This document shows positions 33,828-43,278 of a stretch of DNA of 64,000 nt, piece after piece. The notes beneath the pieces are model-generated. The model searched no databases. It was not told the DNA's origin and worked only from the letters and a program-made list of their open reading frames with translations. This DNA is from Mycobacterium sp. (lineage in GTDB: Bacteria; Actinomycetota; Actinomycetes; Mycobacteriales; Mycobacteriaceae): NCBI RefSeq assembly GCF_035274705.1, contig NZ_DATENY010000070.1, positions 1,288-65,287 of the forward strand, written 5' to 3'. The position numbers and the translations under genes are program-made. The number at the start of each line of letters is the position of its first letter. Positions within the stretch are counted from its first letter, which is position 1.

Positions 33828-35030
33828 TCAACGGACCGTTACTGCTACGGGCAGCTGAGCGAATCCGCGGACATTGCTCGAGTGGACTCGGACGGCGTTG
33901 GCCTCGTCGACCTCGTATCCGCGGATTCGCTTGAACAGCTCGGTGAGCGCCACCCGGGCTTCCATCCGGGCCAGGTGCGCACCGAGGCAGAAGTGGGCGC
34001 CGCTGCCGAAACTCACCAGTTTCGAGCCGATTTCACGGCCGATGCGATACTCGTCGGCGTCCTCGAAGACCCGGTCGTCGCGGTTGGCCGAGCCGGGCAG
34101 CAGCAACAGCACGTCACCGTCGGGAAGGGTGGTGTCGTAGAGTGTCAGCTCGCCGGCGACGGTGCGGGCCAGGATCTGACTGGAGTTGTCATACCGCAGC
34201 GTCTCCTCGACCCACAACGGGACTCTGGAGTGGTCGTCGAACACCGGCGCCAGCTGGTCGGGAAACTTCGCGCCCCAATACGCTGCGTTGGCAAGCAGTT
34301 TCGTCGTCGTCTCGTTGCCGGCGACCACCATCAGGAACAGGAACGCCATGATCTCGTCGTCGGTGAGGCGGTCGCCGTCGGCCTCGGCTTCGAGCAGCGC
34401 CGAGGTCAGGTCGTCGCTCGGCTTCTTGCGGCGCTCGGCGACCATCCCGGCGTAGTAGACCATCAGGTCGGCCGATGCCTGCATGGCCGATGCCGGCACG
34501 TCGGCCAGGCCCTCATCGCGGTGCATGACACCGTCGGCCAGGGCGCGGATTCGCTCCCGGTCGGGTTCGGGCACCCCCATGAGTTCGGAGATGACGTCCA
34601 TCGGCAGCTTGCCGGCGAACTCGTCGACGTAGTCGAAAGTGTCTGACTGCAAAGCGGTGTCGAGGTGCTGCACGGCGATCTCGGTGACACGCGGCTCGAG
34701 CTCGCGGATGCGACGCGGTGTGAAGCCTTTCGACACCAGGGTGCGCAGCCGCAGATGCGCCGGGTCGTCGAGGGCGAGGAAGGACATCACCTTGTGCGCG
34801 TCCAAGGTGCGTGAGATCGGATCGAGCGAGACGCCGTACTTGTTGGACAGCGCCGTGCTGTTTCGGAAGCCCTGCAGCACATCGGCGTGCCGCGACAGCG
34901 CCCAGAACTTCAGTTCGTCATTGCGATACAACGGCGCCTCGTCGCGCAGCCGCGTGTAGTACGGATACGGGTCTTCATGGAAGTCGTAGTCGTACGGGTC
35001 CAACACGAGATCGCTGGTGTCTACAGTCAC
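33828..35030 (-). CDS. cyp123: cytochrome P450 CYP123
   Basis: 400 aa. EETLRY, heme loop FGSGAHFCLGAHLAR. Rv0766c position. Confidence 0.88.
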   Translation of the reverse strand: MTVDTSDLVLDPYDYDFHEDPYPYYTRLRDEAPLYRNDELKFWALSRHADVLQGFRNSTALSNKYGVSLDPISRTLDAHKVMSFLALDDPAHLRLRTLVSKGFTPRRIRELEPRVTEIAVQHLDTALQSDTFDYVDEFAGKLPMDVISELMGVPEPDRERIRALADGVMHRDEGLADVPASAMQASADLMVYYAGMVAERRKKPSDDLTSALLEAEADGDRLTDDEIMAFLFLMVVAGNETTTKLLANAAYWGAKFPDQLAPVFDDHSRVPLWVEETLRYDNSSQILARTVAGELTLYDTTLPDGDVLLLLPGSANRDDRVFEDADEYRIGREIGSKLVSFGSGAHFCLGAHLARMEARVALTELFKRIRGYEVDEANAVRVHSSNVRGFAQLPVAVTVR

Positions 35031-35611
35031 CGTTCTTCTCCCAGGATGAGACCGACCACATAGGTGAGGCGGTCGGCGATCTGGTGGTAGGTGACGACAC
35101 CGCTGCCGGCGTGAACCAGCGCGCCGAAATACGTCATCTCCAGCGCCGAAACAGTGCGCGGGTCGGCGTCCGGGCCCACCGCCGAACGGATACGACGGTG
35201 GATCTCCGCGCCGATGCGGTCACGGACCGAACGCACGGCCTGGTCGCCGTTGCTCAGCAGTGCCGTCGTGCAGGCGGCCGCAACTTCGGGTTCGTCGGCG
35301 ATCATCAACGTCAACGCCCGTAACGCCTTCTCGACTCGGCTCGTCCGGCTGTCGTTGACGTCGGTGAAGTACGGCACCTGGCGGACCAGGTCGAGGTAGA
35401 CCTCGGCGATCAAATGGTTCTTCGACGAGAAATAGGTGTAGGCGGTCGCGGGGGCGACCTTGGCGCGGGCGGCCACAGCGCGGACGGTCAGGTCGGCGTA
35501 CGACGACTCGCGCAGCATTTCCATGCCGGCGGTGAGCACCTTGCGGAAGGTTTCCTCCTGGCGGCGGTTACGCGGCGATTCTGTGATCGCGACCACGGCA
35601 TCGCTGGACAC
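35027..35611 (-). CDS. TetR-family transcriptional regulator (Rv0767c-like)
   Basis: 194 aa. GTG start. HTH YADLTVRAVAARAKVAPATAYTYFSSK. Confidence 0.85.
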   Translation of the reverse strand: MSSDAVVAITESPRNRRQEETFRKVLTAGMEMLRESSYADLTVRAVAARAKVAPATAYTYFSSKNHLIAEVYLDLVRQVPYFTDVNDSRTSRVEKALRALTLMIADEPEVAAACTTALLSNGDQAVRSVRDRIGAEIHRRIRSAVGPDADPRTVSALEMTYFGALVHAGSGVVTYHQIADRLTYVVGLILGEER

Positions 35612-35639
35612 ATGTCCAAGTTATCTGACGAGGTCGGCC

Positions 35640-35678
35640 TGAGGCAAGCATGCAGGTAAAACGACCATGCTTGCCTCA
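35640..35678. promoter_or_regulatory. perfect 13-bp inverted repeat with 13-nt spacer in the TetR/aldA divergent intergenic region
   Basis: TGAGGCAAGCATG-caggtaaaacgac-CATGCTTGCCTCA. Candidate operator or RNA hairpin. Confidence 0.4.
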
Positions 35679-35750
35679 CATCGCCGTCTGGGGCTATCGT
35701 TCGAATGAACTCAGTCGGACAGTTGTCCAGCAAAGAAGCGGAGAGTTGGC

Positions 35751-37220
35751 ATGGGCCTGTTGAACGATCGCCAGAGTCAACTGCTCATCGACGGCAAGCT
35801 CCTGGCGGGCAGCGGAGGCACGTTCCCGACGATCAATCCGGCCACCGAAGAGGTACTCGGCGTCGCCGCTGATGCGACCACCGACGACATGGGTCACGCG
35901 ATCGAGGCGGCCCGCCGTGCGTTCGACGACACCGACTGGTCTACCAACACCGAGTTGCGGGTGCGATGCGTGCGCCAGCTGCAGGATGCGCTGCGCGAGC
36001 ACATTGAAGAATTGCGGGAACTGACGATTTCCGAGGTGGGCGCGCCGGTGATGCTGACGTCGATGGCTCAGCTGGAAGGCCCGGTCGCCGACCTGAGTTT
36101 CTGCGCGGACACCGCCGAGTCGTATCAGTGGACCACCGACTTCGGAATCGCCGAACCAATGGGCATCAAGACGCACCGCACGGTCGCCCGTGAGGCCGTC
36201 GGCGTCGTCGGCGCGATCACCCCGTGGAACTTTCCGCACCAGATCAATCTGGCCAAGCTCGGCCCGGCGCTGGCGGCGGGCAACACCGTCGTGCTCAAGC
36301 CTGCGCCGGACACGCCGTGGTGCGCGGCCATCCTCGGCGAGCTCATCATCGAGCACACCGACATCCCGCCCGGCGTGCTCAACATCGTCACCTCCAGCGA
36401 CCACGGCGTCGGCGCGGTGTTGTCGAAAGACCCACGGGTGGACATGGTTTCGTTCACCGGATCGACGGCGACGGGACGCGCGGTGATGGCCGACGGGGCC
36501 GCCACGCTCAAGAAGGTCTTCCTCGAACTCGGGGGCAAGTCGGCGTTTCTCGTACTCGACGATGCGGATCTGTCGGGCGCCTGCTCGATGTCCGCGTTCA
36601 CTGCCTCGATGCACGCCGGACAGGGCTGCGCGATCACCACCCGACTGGTGGTGCCCCGTGCCCGCTACGACGAAGCCGTCGAGGCCGCGGCGGCGACGAT
36701 GGCGTCGCTCAAGCCCGGCGACCCGAATGACGCAGGCACGATCTGCGGTCCGCTGATCTCGGCGCGGCAACGGGATCGTGTTCAGGGCTACCTGGATTCG
36801 GCCGTCGACGAGGGCGGCAAGTTCGCTTGCGGCGGCGGTCGTCCCGCGGACCGCGACACCGGCTTCTTCATCGAGCCGACCGTCATTGCGGGGCTTGACA
36901 ACAACGCGAAGGTCGCGCGTGAGGAGATCTTCGGGCCGGTGCTGACCGTGATCGCACACGACGGCGACGACGACGCCGTGCGCATCGCCAACGATTCGCC
37001 GTACGGGCTGTCGGGCACGGTGTTCTCAGCCGATCCCGGGCGTGCCGCGGGAATCGCCGCGCGGATGCGTGTCGGCACCGTCAACGTCAACGGCGGTGTG
37101 TGGTACTCGGCCGACATGCCGTTCGGCGGATACAAGCAGTCCGGCATCGGCCGGGAGATGGGCCTCGCCGGTTTCGAGGAGTACCTGGAAACCAAAGCCA
37201 TTGCCACAGCAGCCAATTGA
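35751..37220 (+). CDS. aldA: NAD-dependent aldehyde dehydrogenase AldA
   Basis: 489 aa. VFLELGGKSA and the catalytic Cys region HAGQGCA. Rv0768 position. Confidence 0.9.
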   Translation: MGLLNDRQSQLLIDGKLLAGSGGTFPTINPATEEVLGVAADATTDDMGHAIEAARRAFDDTDWSTNTELRVRCVRQLQDALREHIEELRELTISEVGAPVMLTSMAQLEGPVADLSFCADTAESYQWTTDFGIAEPMGIKTHRTVAREAVGVVGAITPWNFPHQINLAKLGPALAAGNTVVLKPAPDTPWCAAILGELIIEHTDIPPGVLNIVTSSDHGVGAVLSKDPRVDMVSFTGSTATGRAVMADGAATLKKVFLELGGKSAFLVLDDADLSGACSMSAFTASMHAGQGCAITTRLVVPRARYDEAVEAAAATMASLKPGDPNDAGTICGPLISARQRDRVQGYLDSAVDEGGKFACGGGRPADRDTGFFIEPTVIAGLDNNAKVAREEIFGPVLTVIAHDGDDDAVRIANDSPYGLSGTVFSADPGRAAGIAARMRVGTVNVNGGVWYSADMPFGGYKQSGIGREMGLAGFEEYLETKAIATAAN

Positions 37221-37300
37221 CCGGCGAGTGTCGGGTTAAGACACGCTTCTTCGTGAGAACCGTGACACAACCCAACACTCGGCAGTGAGGAAGGAACAGG

Positions 37301-38053
37301 ATGGGTCAGTTCGACGAGAAGGTCGCGATCGTCACCGGATCCGGTGGCGGCATCGGCCAGGCCTACGCCGAGGCGCTGGCCCGCGAGGGCGCCGCGGTGG
37401 TGGTGGCCGACATCAACGCCGAGGGTGCCGACCGTGTCGCCAAGCAGATCGTGGCCGACGGGGGCACCGCGATCAGCGTGCCGGTCGACGTATCGGACAT
37501 CGACTCGGCCAAGGCGATGGCAGACCGGACGCTGGCAGAGTTCGGCGGCATCGACTACCTGGTCAACAACGCGGCGATCTTCGGTGGCATGAAGCTCGAC
37601 CTGCTTCTGACCGTCGACTGGGACTACTACAAGAAGTTCATGAGCGTGAACCTCGACGGCGCGCTGGTCTGCACGCGGGCGGTGTACCGCAAGATGGCCA
37701 AGCGGGGTGGCGGCGCCATCGTCAACCAGTCGTCCACCGCGGCGTGGATGTACGCCAACTTCTATGGCCTGGCCAAAGTCGGCATCAACGGCCTGACCCA
37801 GCAGCTGTCGCGCGAGTTGGGCGGCATGAACATCCGGATCAACGCGATCGCGCCCGGGCCGATCGACACCGAGGCCAACCGGACCACCACGCCGCAGGAG
37901 ATGGTCGCCGACATCGTGAAGGGTATTCCGTTGTCCCGCATGGGCGAACCGGAGGACGTGGTCGGCATGTGCCTGTTCCTGCTCTCAGATCAAGCGAAGT
38001 GGATCACCGGCCAGATCTTCAACGTCGACGGCGGCCAGATCATCCGCTCTTGA
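37301..38053 (+). CDS. short-chain dehydrogenase/reductase (Rv0769-like)
   Basis: 250 aa. VTGSGGGIGQAYA, NNAA, YGLAK. Confidence 0.88.
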   Translation: MGQFDEKVAIVTGSGGGIGQAYAEALAREGAAVVVADINAEGADRVAKQIVADGGTAISVPVDVSDIDSAKAMADRTLAEFGGIDYLVNNAAIFGGMKLDLLLTVDWDYYKKFMSVNLDGALVCTRAVYRKMAKRGGGAIVNQSSTAAWMYANFYGLAKVGINGLTQQLSRELGGMNIRINAIAPGPIDTEANRTTTPQEMVADIVKGIPLSRMGEPEDVVGMCLFLLSDQAKWITGQIFNVDGGQIIRS

Positions 38054-38066
38054 CGTCCTCCTCGGA

Positions 38067-38088
38067 CTGAAGTCCGGGGATTCCAACC
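38067..38088 (+). repeat. left copy of a ~22-bp direct repeat flanking the TnpB remnant
   Basis: CTGAAGTCCGGGGATTCCAACC, versus CTGAAGTCCCGGATTTCCAGCC at 38839..38860. Confidence 0.55.
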
Positions 38089-38103
38089 CATTATCCCAGC
38101 GAC

Positions 38104-38874
38104 TTATGCGGCAGGAGTAGCGAGTTGAGGTTCACGGTTCGCAGACCGCCCAGCGGCGAGGTCTCCCCGTGCTGTCACCGCCCGTCCGGCGGCGATGTGG
38201 TTCAATCCGCGCTTTTGCGAAACACGCACACCGGGCTGCTCGGCAGTTCCGCGCGCAGTGCGGGTCATCGCCCGCACGTCAAGGGCCTCGATCCTGATCG
38301 TGTCGAAACGGCGCGCGATGTCAGTTGTGACCTTTTCGACCCAGTCCTTTCGCCGGTCGGCCTCACGCGCTTTCAGCTTCGCGACCGCCTGTTTCGTTCG
38401 TGCGCGCCGGTTGGAACCCCGTTGGCAGCGCGCGAGCCGCTGCTGCAACACCTTCAGCCGCTTGGCCTCACCCCCGGTAAGACCAGGGACATGCAGCAGC
38501 TCACCGGTGGACAGCGCCGCCGATACGGCCGCGCCGCGGTCGATGCCGACCACACTGCAGTCGTCCGGACCGGGGATCGGGTGGGGGATGTGGACGAAGG
38601 CGACATGTCAGCGCCCGGACCGATCGCGGGTGACCCGGTAAGACTTGACACCATCGGGCACCGGCCGCGACAGGCGAAATCGCACCCATCCCACCTTGGG
38701 CACCCATACCCGACCGACGCGGCGGTTCAACCGCTCAACGTGATGTGGTTTTACCGCGACTTGCCGAAACCCTTCGTGCACGCTGGCCTTGCGCCACGTC
38801 GGGCGTCGGCACCGCTCAGGATGGGGTACCTCTACGGGCTGAAGTCCCGGATTTCCAGCCGAAGGAGCGATCAT
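38104..38874 (-). pseudogene. decayed tnpB (IS605/IS607-family RNA-guided nuclease) remnant
   Basis: A single frame carrying an in-frame TGA at 38608..38610, where TnpB proteins have W (..VTRDRSGR*HVAFVHIP). RuvC-I VVGIDRG and RuvC-II IRIEALDV are present. The zinc-finger/RuvC-III segment is missing between GLN and HIAAGRAVTARGD. No tnpA. Confidence 0.75.
38839..38860 (+). repeat. right copy of the ~22-bp direct repeat flanking the TnpB remnant
   Basis: CTGAAGTCCCGGATTTCCAGCC, immediately before the RBS GAAGGAG of the gene starting at 38873. Confidence 0.55.
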
Positions 38875-39724
38875 GAGTGAGCACGCGATGCTTGGCTACG
38901 TCGGCCTCGGGAACATGGGCACCCCGATGGCTAAGCGACTTGTCGACTGGCCCGGCGGGGTAACGGTTTTCGACGTCCGCGCCGAAGCGATGACGCCGCT
39001 GGCCGAAGCGGGCGCCACGTTGGCGGACAGTGTGGCCGACGTGGCCGCTGCCGACATCATCAGCGTCACTGTGCTCAACGACGAACAGGTTCGCGAGGTA
39101 GTCGGTGAATTGGCGGGCCACGCCAAGCCGGGCACCGTGATCGCCATCCACTCGACGATCAGCCCCGACACGGCCGTCGAGCTCGCCGAAGAGCTGGCGC
39201 CGCGAGGCATCCACATCGTCGACGCGCCGGTCAGCGGCGGCGGTGGTGCCGCGGAAAACGGCGAACTGGCCGTCATGGTGGGCGCCGAGCGCGACGTGTA
39301 CGAGCGCATCAAGCCGGCATTCAAACAATTCGCCTCGATGGTGGTGCACGCCGGGGAGCCTGGCGCGGGAACGCGAATGAAGTTGGCGCGCAACATGTTG
39401 ACGTTCACCTCCTATGCTGCGGCTTGCGAGGCAATGAAGCTTGCCGAACAGGCCGGTATCAACCTCCAGCAACTGGGCCGGGTCGTGCGGCACACCGACG
39501 CGCAGAGCGGCGGACCGGGCGCTGTCATCGTCCGGGAGAACATGGAGCCATTGGAGCCTGACAACTTTCTCTTCGGACCACTGGGCCATGCAGCCCGGCT
39601 CGGCGAGAAGGACCTAAGCCTTGCGCTGGCACTAGGAGAGGCTCTTGGTGTCGAGTTGCCTCTGGCGGAGATCGCGCAGAAGAACCTGGCGGCGGGGTTG
39701 GGCGTGCCGCACACGAAGGAGTGA
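38873..39724 (+). CDS. NAD-binding 3-hydroxyisobutyrate/6-phosphogluconate dehydrogenase-like oxidoreductase (Rv0770-like)
   Basis: 283 aa. LGYVGLGNMGTPMA dinucleotide fold. Confidence 0.85.
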   Translation: MSEHAMLGYVGLGNMGTPMAKRLVDWPGGVTVFDVRAEAMTPLAEAGATLADSVADVAAADIISVTVLNDEQVREVVGELAGHAKPGTVIAIHSTISPDTAVELAEELAPRGIHIVDAPVSGGGGAAENGELAVMVGAERDVYERIKPAFKQFASMVVHAGEPGAGTRMKLARNMLTFTSYAAACEAMKLAEQAGINLQQLGRVVRHTDAQSGGPGAVIVRENMEPLEPDNFLFGPLGHAARLGEKDLSLALALGEALGVELPLAEIAQKNLAAGLGVPHTKE

Positions 39725-40182
39725 CGATGGACGAGTTGCGGCGCAAGGGCCTCGCGAAGATGAACGAGGTCTACGCCTGGGAGATGCCGAACATGGAAGG
39801 GGACGAGTACTTCGACCTGACCGTCGATCACCTCTTCGGCAGCATCTGGACCAGGCCAGGACTCTCGATGCGCGACAAGCGCCTGATGACGCTGACGGTG
39901 GTCACCGCGCTTGGGTTGCAGGATCTGTGCGAGGTCCAGGTCAACGCCGCCTTACAGAACGAGGAGTTGACCGAGGACGAGTTGAAGGAGATGGCCGTCT
40001 TCCTCACCCATTACGTCGGCTTCCCGCTCGGCTCCGGCCTCAACGGCGTCCTCGGACGCGTCGTCGCCAAGCGCAAGAAGGCCGAGGAGAAGGGCAGTGG
40101 CCGTGACACGGCCGAAGTAAGGCGAGCCAACGTCAACGACGCGGTCAAGATGCATACCGGCAAGACCCTCGATGACAAGTAG
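39721..40182 (+). CDS. carboxymuconolactone decarboxylase-family protein (Rv0771-like)
   Basis: 153 aa. CMD-type helical repeat (LSMRDKRLMTLTVVTALG..., THYVGFP). Confidence 0.8.
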   Translation: MTMDELRRKGLAKMNEVYAWEMPNMEGDEYFDLTVDHLFGSIWTRPGLSMRDKRLMTLTVVTALGLQDLCEVQVNAALQNEELTEDELKEMAVFLTHYVGFPLGSGLNGVLGRVVAKRKKAEEKGSGRDTAEVRRANVNDAVKMHTGKTLDDK

Positions 40183-41398
40183 GTACGCCGCCCTCCCGAG
40201 GGACCAGCTCGCGACGCTGGTCCCCGAGCTGCTGCTGATCGGTCAGATGATCGACCGCTCCGGAATGGCGTGGTGCATCCAGAATTTCGGCCGCGAGGAG
40301 ATGCTGCAGATCGCGATCGAGGAGTGGATGGGGTGCAGCCCGATCTACACCAAGCGGATGCAGAAGGCCCTGCGGTACGAGGGCAATGATGTCATCACGA
40401 TCTTCAAGGGCCTACAACTCGATATCGGTGCGCCACCGCAGTTCATGGACTTCCGCTACACGGTGCAGGACCGCTGGCACGGCGAGTTTCACCTCGACCA
40501 CTGCGGCGCGCTGCTCGACGTCGAACCGATGGGTGAGGACTATGTCCGCGGCATGTGCCACGACATCGAGGACCCGACGTTCGACGCCACCGCTGTCGCC
40601 ACCAATCGCAAGGCGCAGATCCGGCCGATTCACCGGCCGCCGCGCGTGCCTGACGACCGCCACCCGCACTGCGCGTGGACCGTGATCATCGACGAGTCGT
40701 ATCCGCCGGTGGAGGACCATCCCGTTCTTGACGTGATACGCCGAACCCGTGCCGCCAGAACCGAACTCGACCCGATCGACTCATCCGAGGAGGGGCAATC
40801 AGACTACTCGGGTGCGTTGGTCTCCGATTTCGATTTCGGTGCGTTCTCGCATTCCGCGCTGGTGCGCATCGCCGACGAGGTCTGCCTGCAGATGCAGCTG
40901 CTGAACCTGTCCTTCGTCATCGCCGTGGGCAAGCGGGCGGGGACGAATACCGTACTGGCGAAGGAGATCTGCACCAAGCAGCTGATCGGCTTGGCGGGCA
41001 TCGCCGCCGGACGCCTCCATCGCGCGCTCGACCTGCCGGGCGGTGTCGAAGGCGCCGTGCGGGCACTCGAGTTGCATCCGCTGTTCAATCCCGTGGCCTA
41101 TGTGTCGGCCGAGTTCGGCCCGGACACCGTGCATGCGCACCGGTCGCCGGCGCATGAGGACGGGGCGTGGATATCGTTGGTCAGCCCCGCCGAGATCCGG
41201 CCCCTACAGGCGATCGTCGCGGGCGTCGACCCGCATCTCGACGTGGACGTTACGGGATCCGAGACCGATTGGATCGCGCGCGTTGTCGAGACCGAAACGG
41301 CGACAAAGGAATTCCCGGAGGTGTCGGTCGCGAAGGTCAGCGGCGGTGCGACGTTCGTGTTCGAGCCGAGGAAGTCACTGCCGTTGACGGTGCTATGA
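40172..41398 (+). CDS. hypothetical protein (408 aa), Cys/His-rich N-terminal half, no family recognised
   Basis: ORF 40172..41398. Overlaps the upstream stop by 11 nt. WHGEFHLDHCGALLD...GMCHDIEDP...RHPHCAWTV. Confidence 0.65.
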   Translation: MTSRYAALPRDQLATLVPELLLIGQMIDRSGMAWCIQNFGREEMLQIAIEEWMGCSPIYTKRMQKALRYEGNDVITIFKGLQLDIGAPPQFMDFRYTVQDRWHGEFHLDHCGALLDVEPMGEDYVRGMCHDIEDPTFDATAVATNRKAQIRPIHRPPRVPDDRHPHCAWTVIIDESYPPVEDHPVLDVIRRTRAARTELDPIDSSEEGQSDYSGALVSDFDFGAFSHSALVRIADEVCLQMQLLNLSFVIAVGKRAGTNTVLAKEICTKQLIGLAGIAAGRLHRALDLPGGVEGAVRALELHPLFNPVAYVSAEFGPDTVHAHRSPAHEDGAWISLVSPAEIRPLQAIVAGVDPHLDVDVTGSETDWIARVVETETATKEFPEVSVAKVSGGATFVFEPRKSLPLTVL

Positions 41399-41981
41399 CC
41401 GCCGCTCCGACCCAGCGCCGGAGATAGTCGCGCAGTTCGTCGCCCTTGCGGGGCGGCCGCCCCGGGTCGATCACGAACGACTGGATGATCCGCAGCAGGT
41501 GTTCGGCCAGCTCGTCGAGGTCGGCGTCGGTGAATCCCAAGCCCGCCCAGTCGACATCCATGCGCCGCAGCATCGAGTTGGCGAACTGCAGTGCGACGTC
41601 CGACGTCACGGTCTGGCTGAATGCGCTGGCCCGCCCGGGCGTCAACAGCAGGCCGATGTGCTTGTCCTTGTGGAACCACTCCAACGCTGTCGCGATGCCT
41701 TCGGCCACCGCCTCCACGGGGTCGGTAACGCCGTGCAGATGCGCGGCCAGTCGGTCCAGAAAGCCGGTGGCCGCACGTTGCGCGGACGCCTGCAGCAGGG
41801 CGTCGGTGCTGGAGAAGTACCGGTACACCGTCTGGCGGGTGACGCCCAATGTGCGGGCGACATCGGCGATGGAGAAGTCGGCGCCGCGGGCGTCGATCGC
41901 CTTGCCGGCCGCGTCGAGGATCCGCGCGATCGCTTCGTCGTCGGTTGCGGGTGTCGAACCGGACCAGCCGTGGGTGCGCAC
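41337..41981 (-). CDS. TetR-family transcriptional regulator
   Basis: 214 aa. HTH FSIADVARTLGVTRQTVYRYFSSTD. 27 nt downstream of the P450 gene. Confidence 0.85.
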   Translation of the reverse strand: MRTHGWSGSTPATDDEAIARILDAAGKAIDARGADFSIADVARTLGVTRQTVYRYFSSTDALLQASAQRAATGFLDRLAAHLHGVTDPVEAVAEGIATALEWFHKDKHIGLLLTPGRASAFSQTVTSDVALQFANSMLRRMDVDWAGLGFTDADLDELAEHLLRIIQSFVIDPGRPPRKGDELRDYLRRWVGAAVIAPSTAVTSSARTRTSHRR

Positions 41982-42008
41982 GACCGAATGGTACGTCAGC
42001 CAGCCCGT

Positions 42009-43238
42009 TCAGCCTCTGTAGCAGACCTGCAGATCCTTGACGCCGTTGATCCAGCCCGACCGAAGCCGTTGCGGCTCGGACAGTTTGGCGATGTTCGGGA
42101 TTTGGTCGGCGATCTCGTTGAAGATCAGCTTGATCTCCATGCGCGCCAGGTTGGCGCCGATGCAGTAGTGGGCGCCGTTGCCGCCGAAGCCAAGGTGCGG
42201 GTTCGGGTCGCGCTGGATATCGAATCGGAAGGGGGACTCGAAGACCGCGTCGTCGTAGTTGGCCGAACTGTAGAACAGCCCGGCGCGCTGACCCTCGCGG
42301 ATCGCGACTCCACCAAGCTCGGTGTCCGCCAACGCCGTTCGCTGGAAGCAGTGCACGGGCGTGGCCCAGCGAACGATCTCGTCGGCCGTCGTCTCTGGCC
42401 GCTCACGCTTGAACAACTCCCACTGGTCGGGGTTGTCGAAGAACGCGTTCATGCCGTGCGTCATGGCGTTGCGGGTGGTCTCGTTGCCTGCGACGGCGAG
42501 CAGGATCACGAAGAACGCGAACTCCACGTCCTCCATGGATTCGCCGTCGATATCGGCCTGGACCAGGCGGGTGACGATATCGTCGGCCGGGCAACGGCGG
42601 CGCTCCTCGGCCATGGTGTAGGCGTAGCCCATCAACTCGGCGTTGGCGGCCGCATAGTCTGAAGCGAAGTCGGGATCGTCGGTGTTCATGATCGAGTTCG
42701 TCCAGTGGAACAACTTCTCCCGATCCGCCTCGGGCACTCCGATCAGATCGGCGATCGCCAACAGCGGCAGCCCCATTGCGATGTCGTCGACGAAGTTACC
42801 GCTGTCCTTTTCTTTTGCCGCGCGGACGATTTCGCGCGCCGCGACGGCCAGCTTCTGCTCCAAAGTCGACACGGCCCGCGGGGTGAACAAGCGCGACACC
42901 AACTTGCGCAGCCGCGTGTGTTCAGGCGCGTCGTGGTTGATCAGCAGCGCCTTGGTCAGCTCCAGCTGGTCGGGTGTTGTGCCGTCGGGCAGCCGCATGA
43001 CCACGCCCTTGCGGTTCGTGGACCACAGGTCGCCGTCGCGTGAAATCGCCTTGATGTCCTCGTGGCGGCTGATCACCCAGTAGCCGCCGTCGCTGAAGAT
43101 CGATTCGGGTTGCTCGCTCCACCACACCGGAGCGGTCTTGCGCAGCTCTGCGAACTCGGTGACGGGAATGCCCTTGACCAAGACGTCGGGGTCGGTGAAG
43201 TCGTATCGAGGTCCGAACGGACATGTGGTCTGCGTCAT
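42009..43238 (-). CDS. cytochrome P450 (CYP124/125-like class, exact family not assignable by eye)
   Basis: ORF 42009..43253, probable start at MTQTT (43238). AGNETTRN, heme loop FGGNGAHYCIGANLAR. Confidence 0.85.
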   Translation of the reverse strand: MTQTTCPFGPRYDFTDPDVLVKGIPVTEFAELRKTAPVWWSEQPESIFSDGGYWVISRHEDIKAISRDGDLWSTNRKGVVMRLPDGTTPDQLELTKALLINHDAPEHTRLRKLVSRLFTPRAVSTLEQKLAVAAREIVRAAKEKDSGNFVDDIAMGLPLLAIADLIGVPEADREKLFHWTNSIMNTDDPDFASDYAAANAELMGYAYTMAEERRRCPADDIVTRLVQADIDGESMEDVEFAFFVILLAVAGNETTRNAMTHGMNAFFDNPDQWELFKRERPETTADEIVRWATPVHCFQRTALADTELGGVAIREGQRAGLFYSSANYDDAVFESPFRFDIQRDPNPHLGFGGNGAHYCIGANLARMEIKLIFNEIADQIPNIAKLSEPQRLRSGWINGVKDLQVCYRG

Positions 43239-43278
43239 ACCTTGACCATACACTGCGATGTCAAGTGTATGGCCAAGC

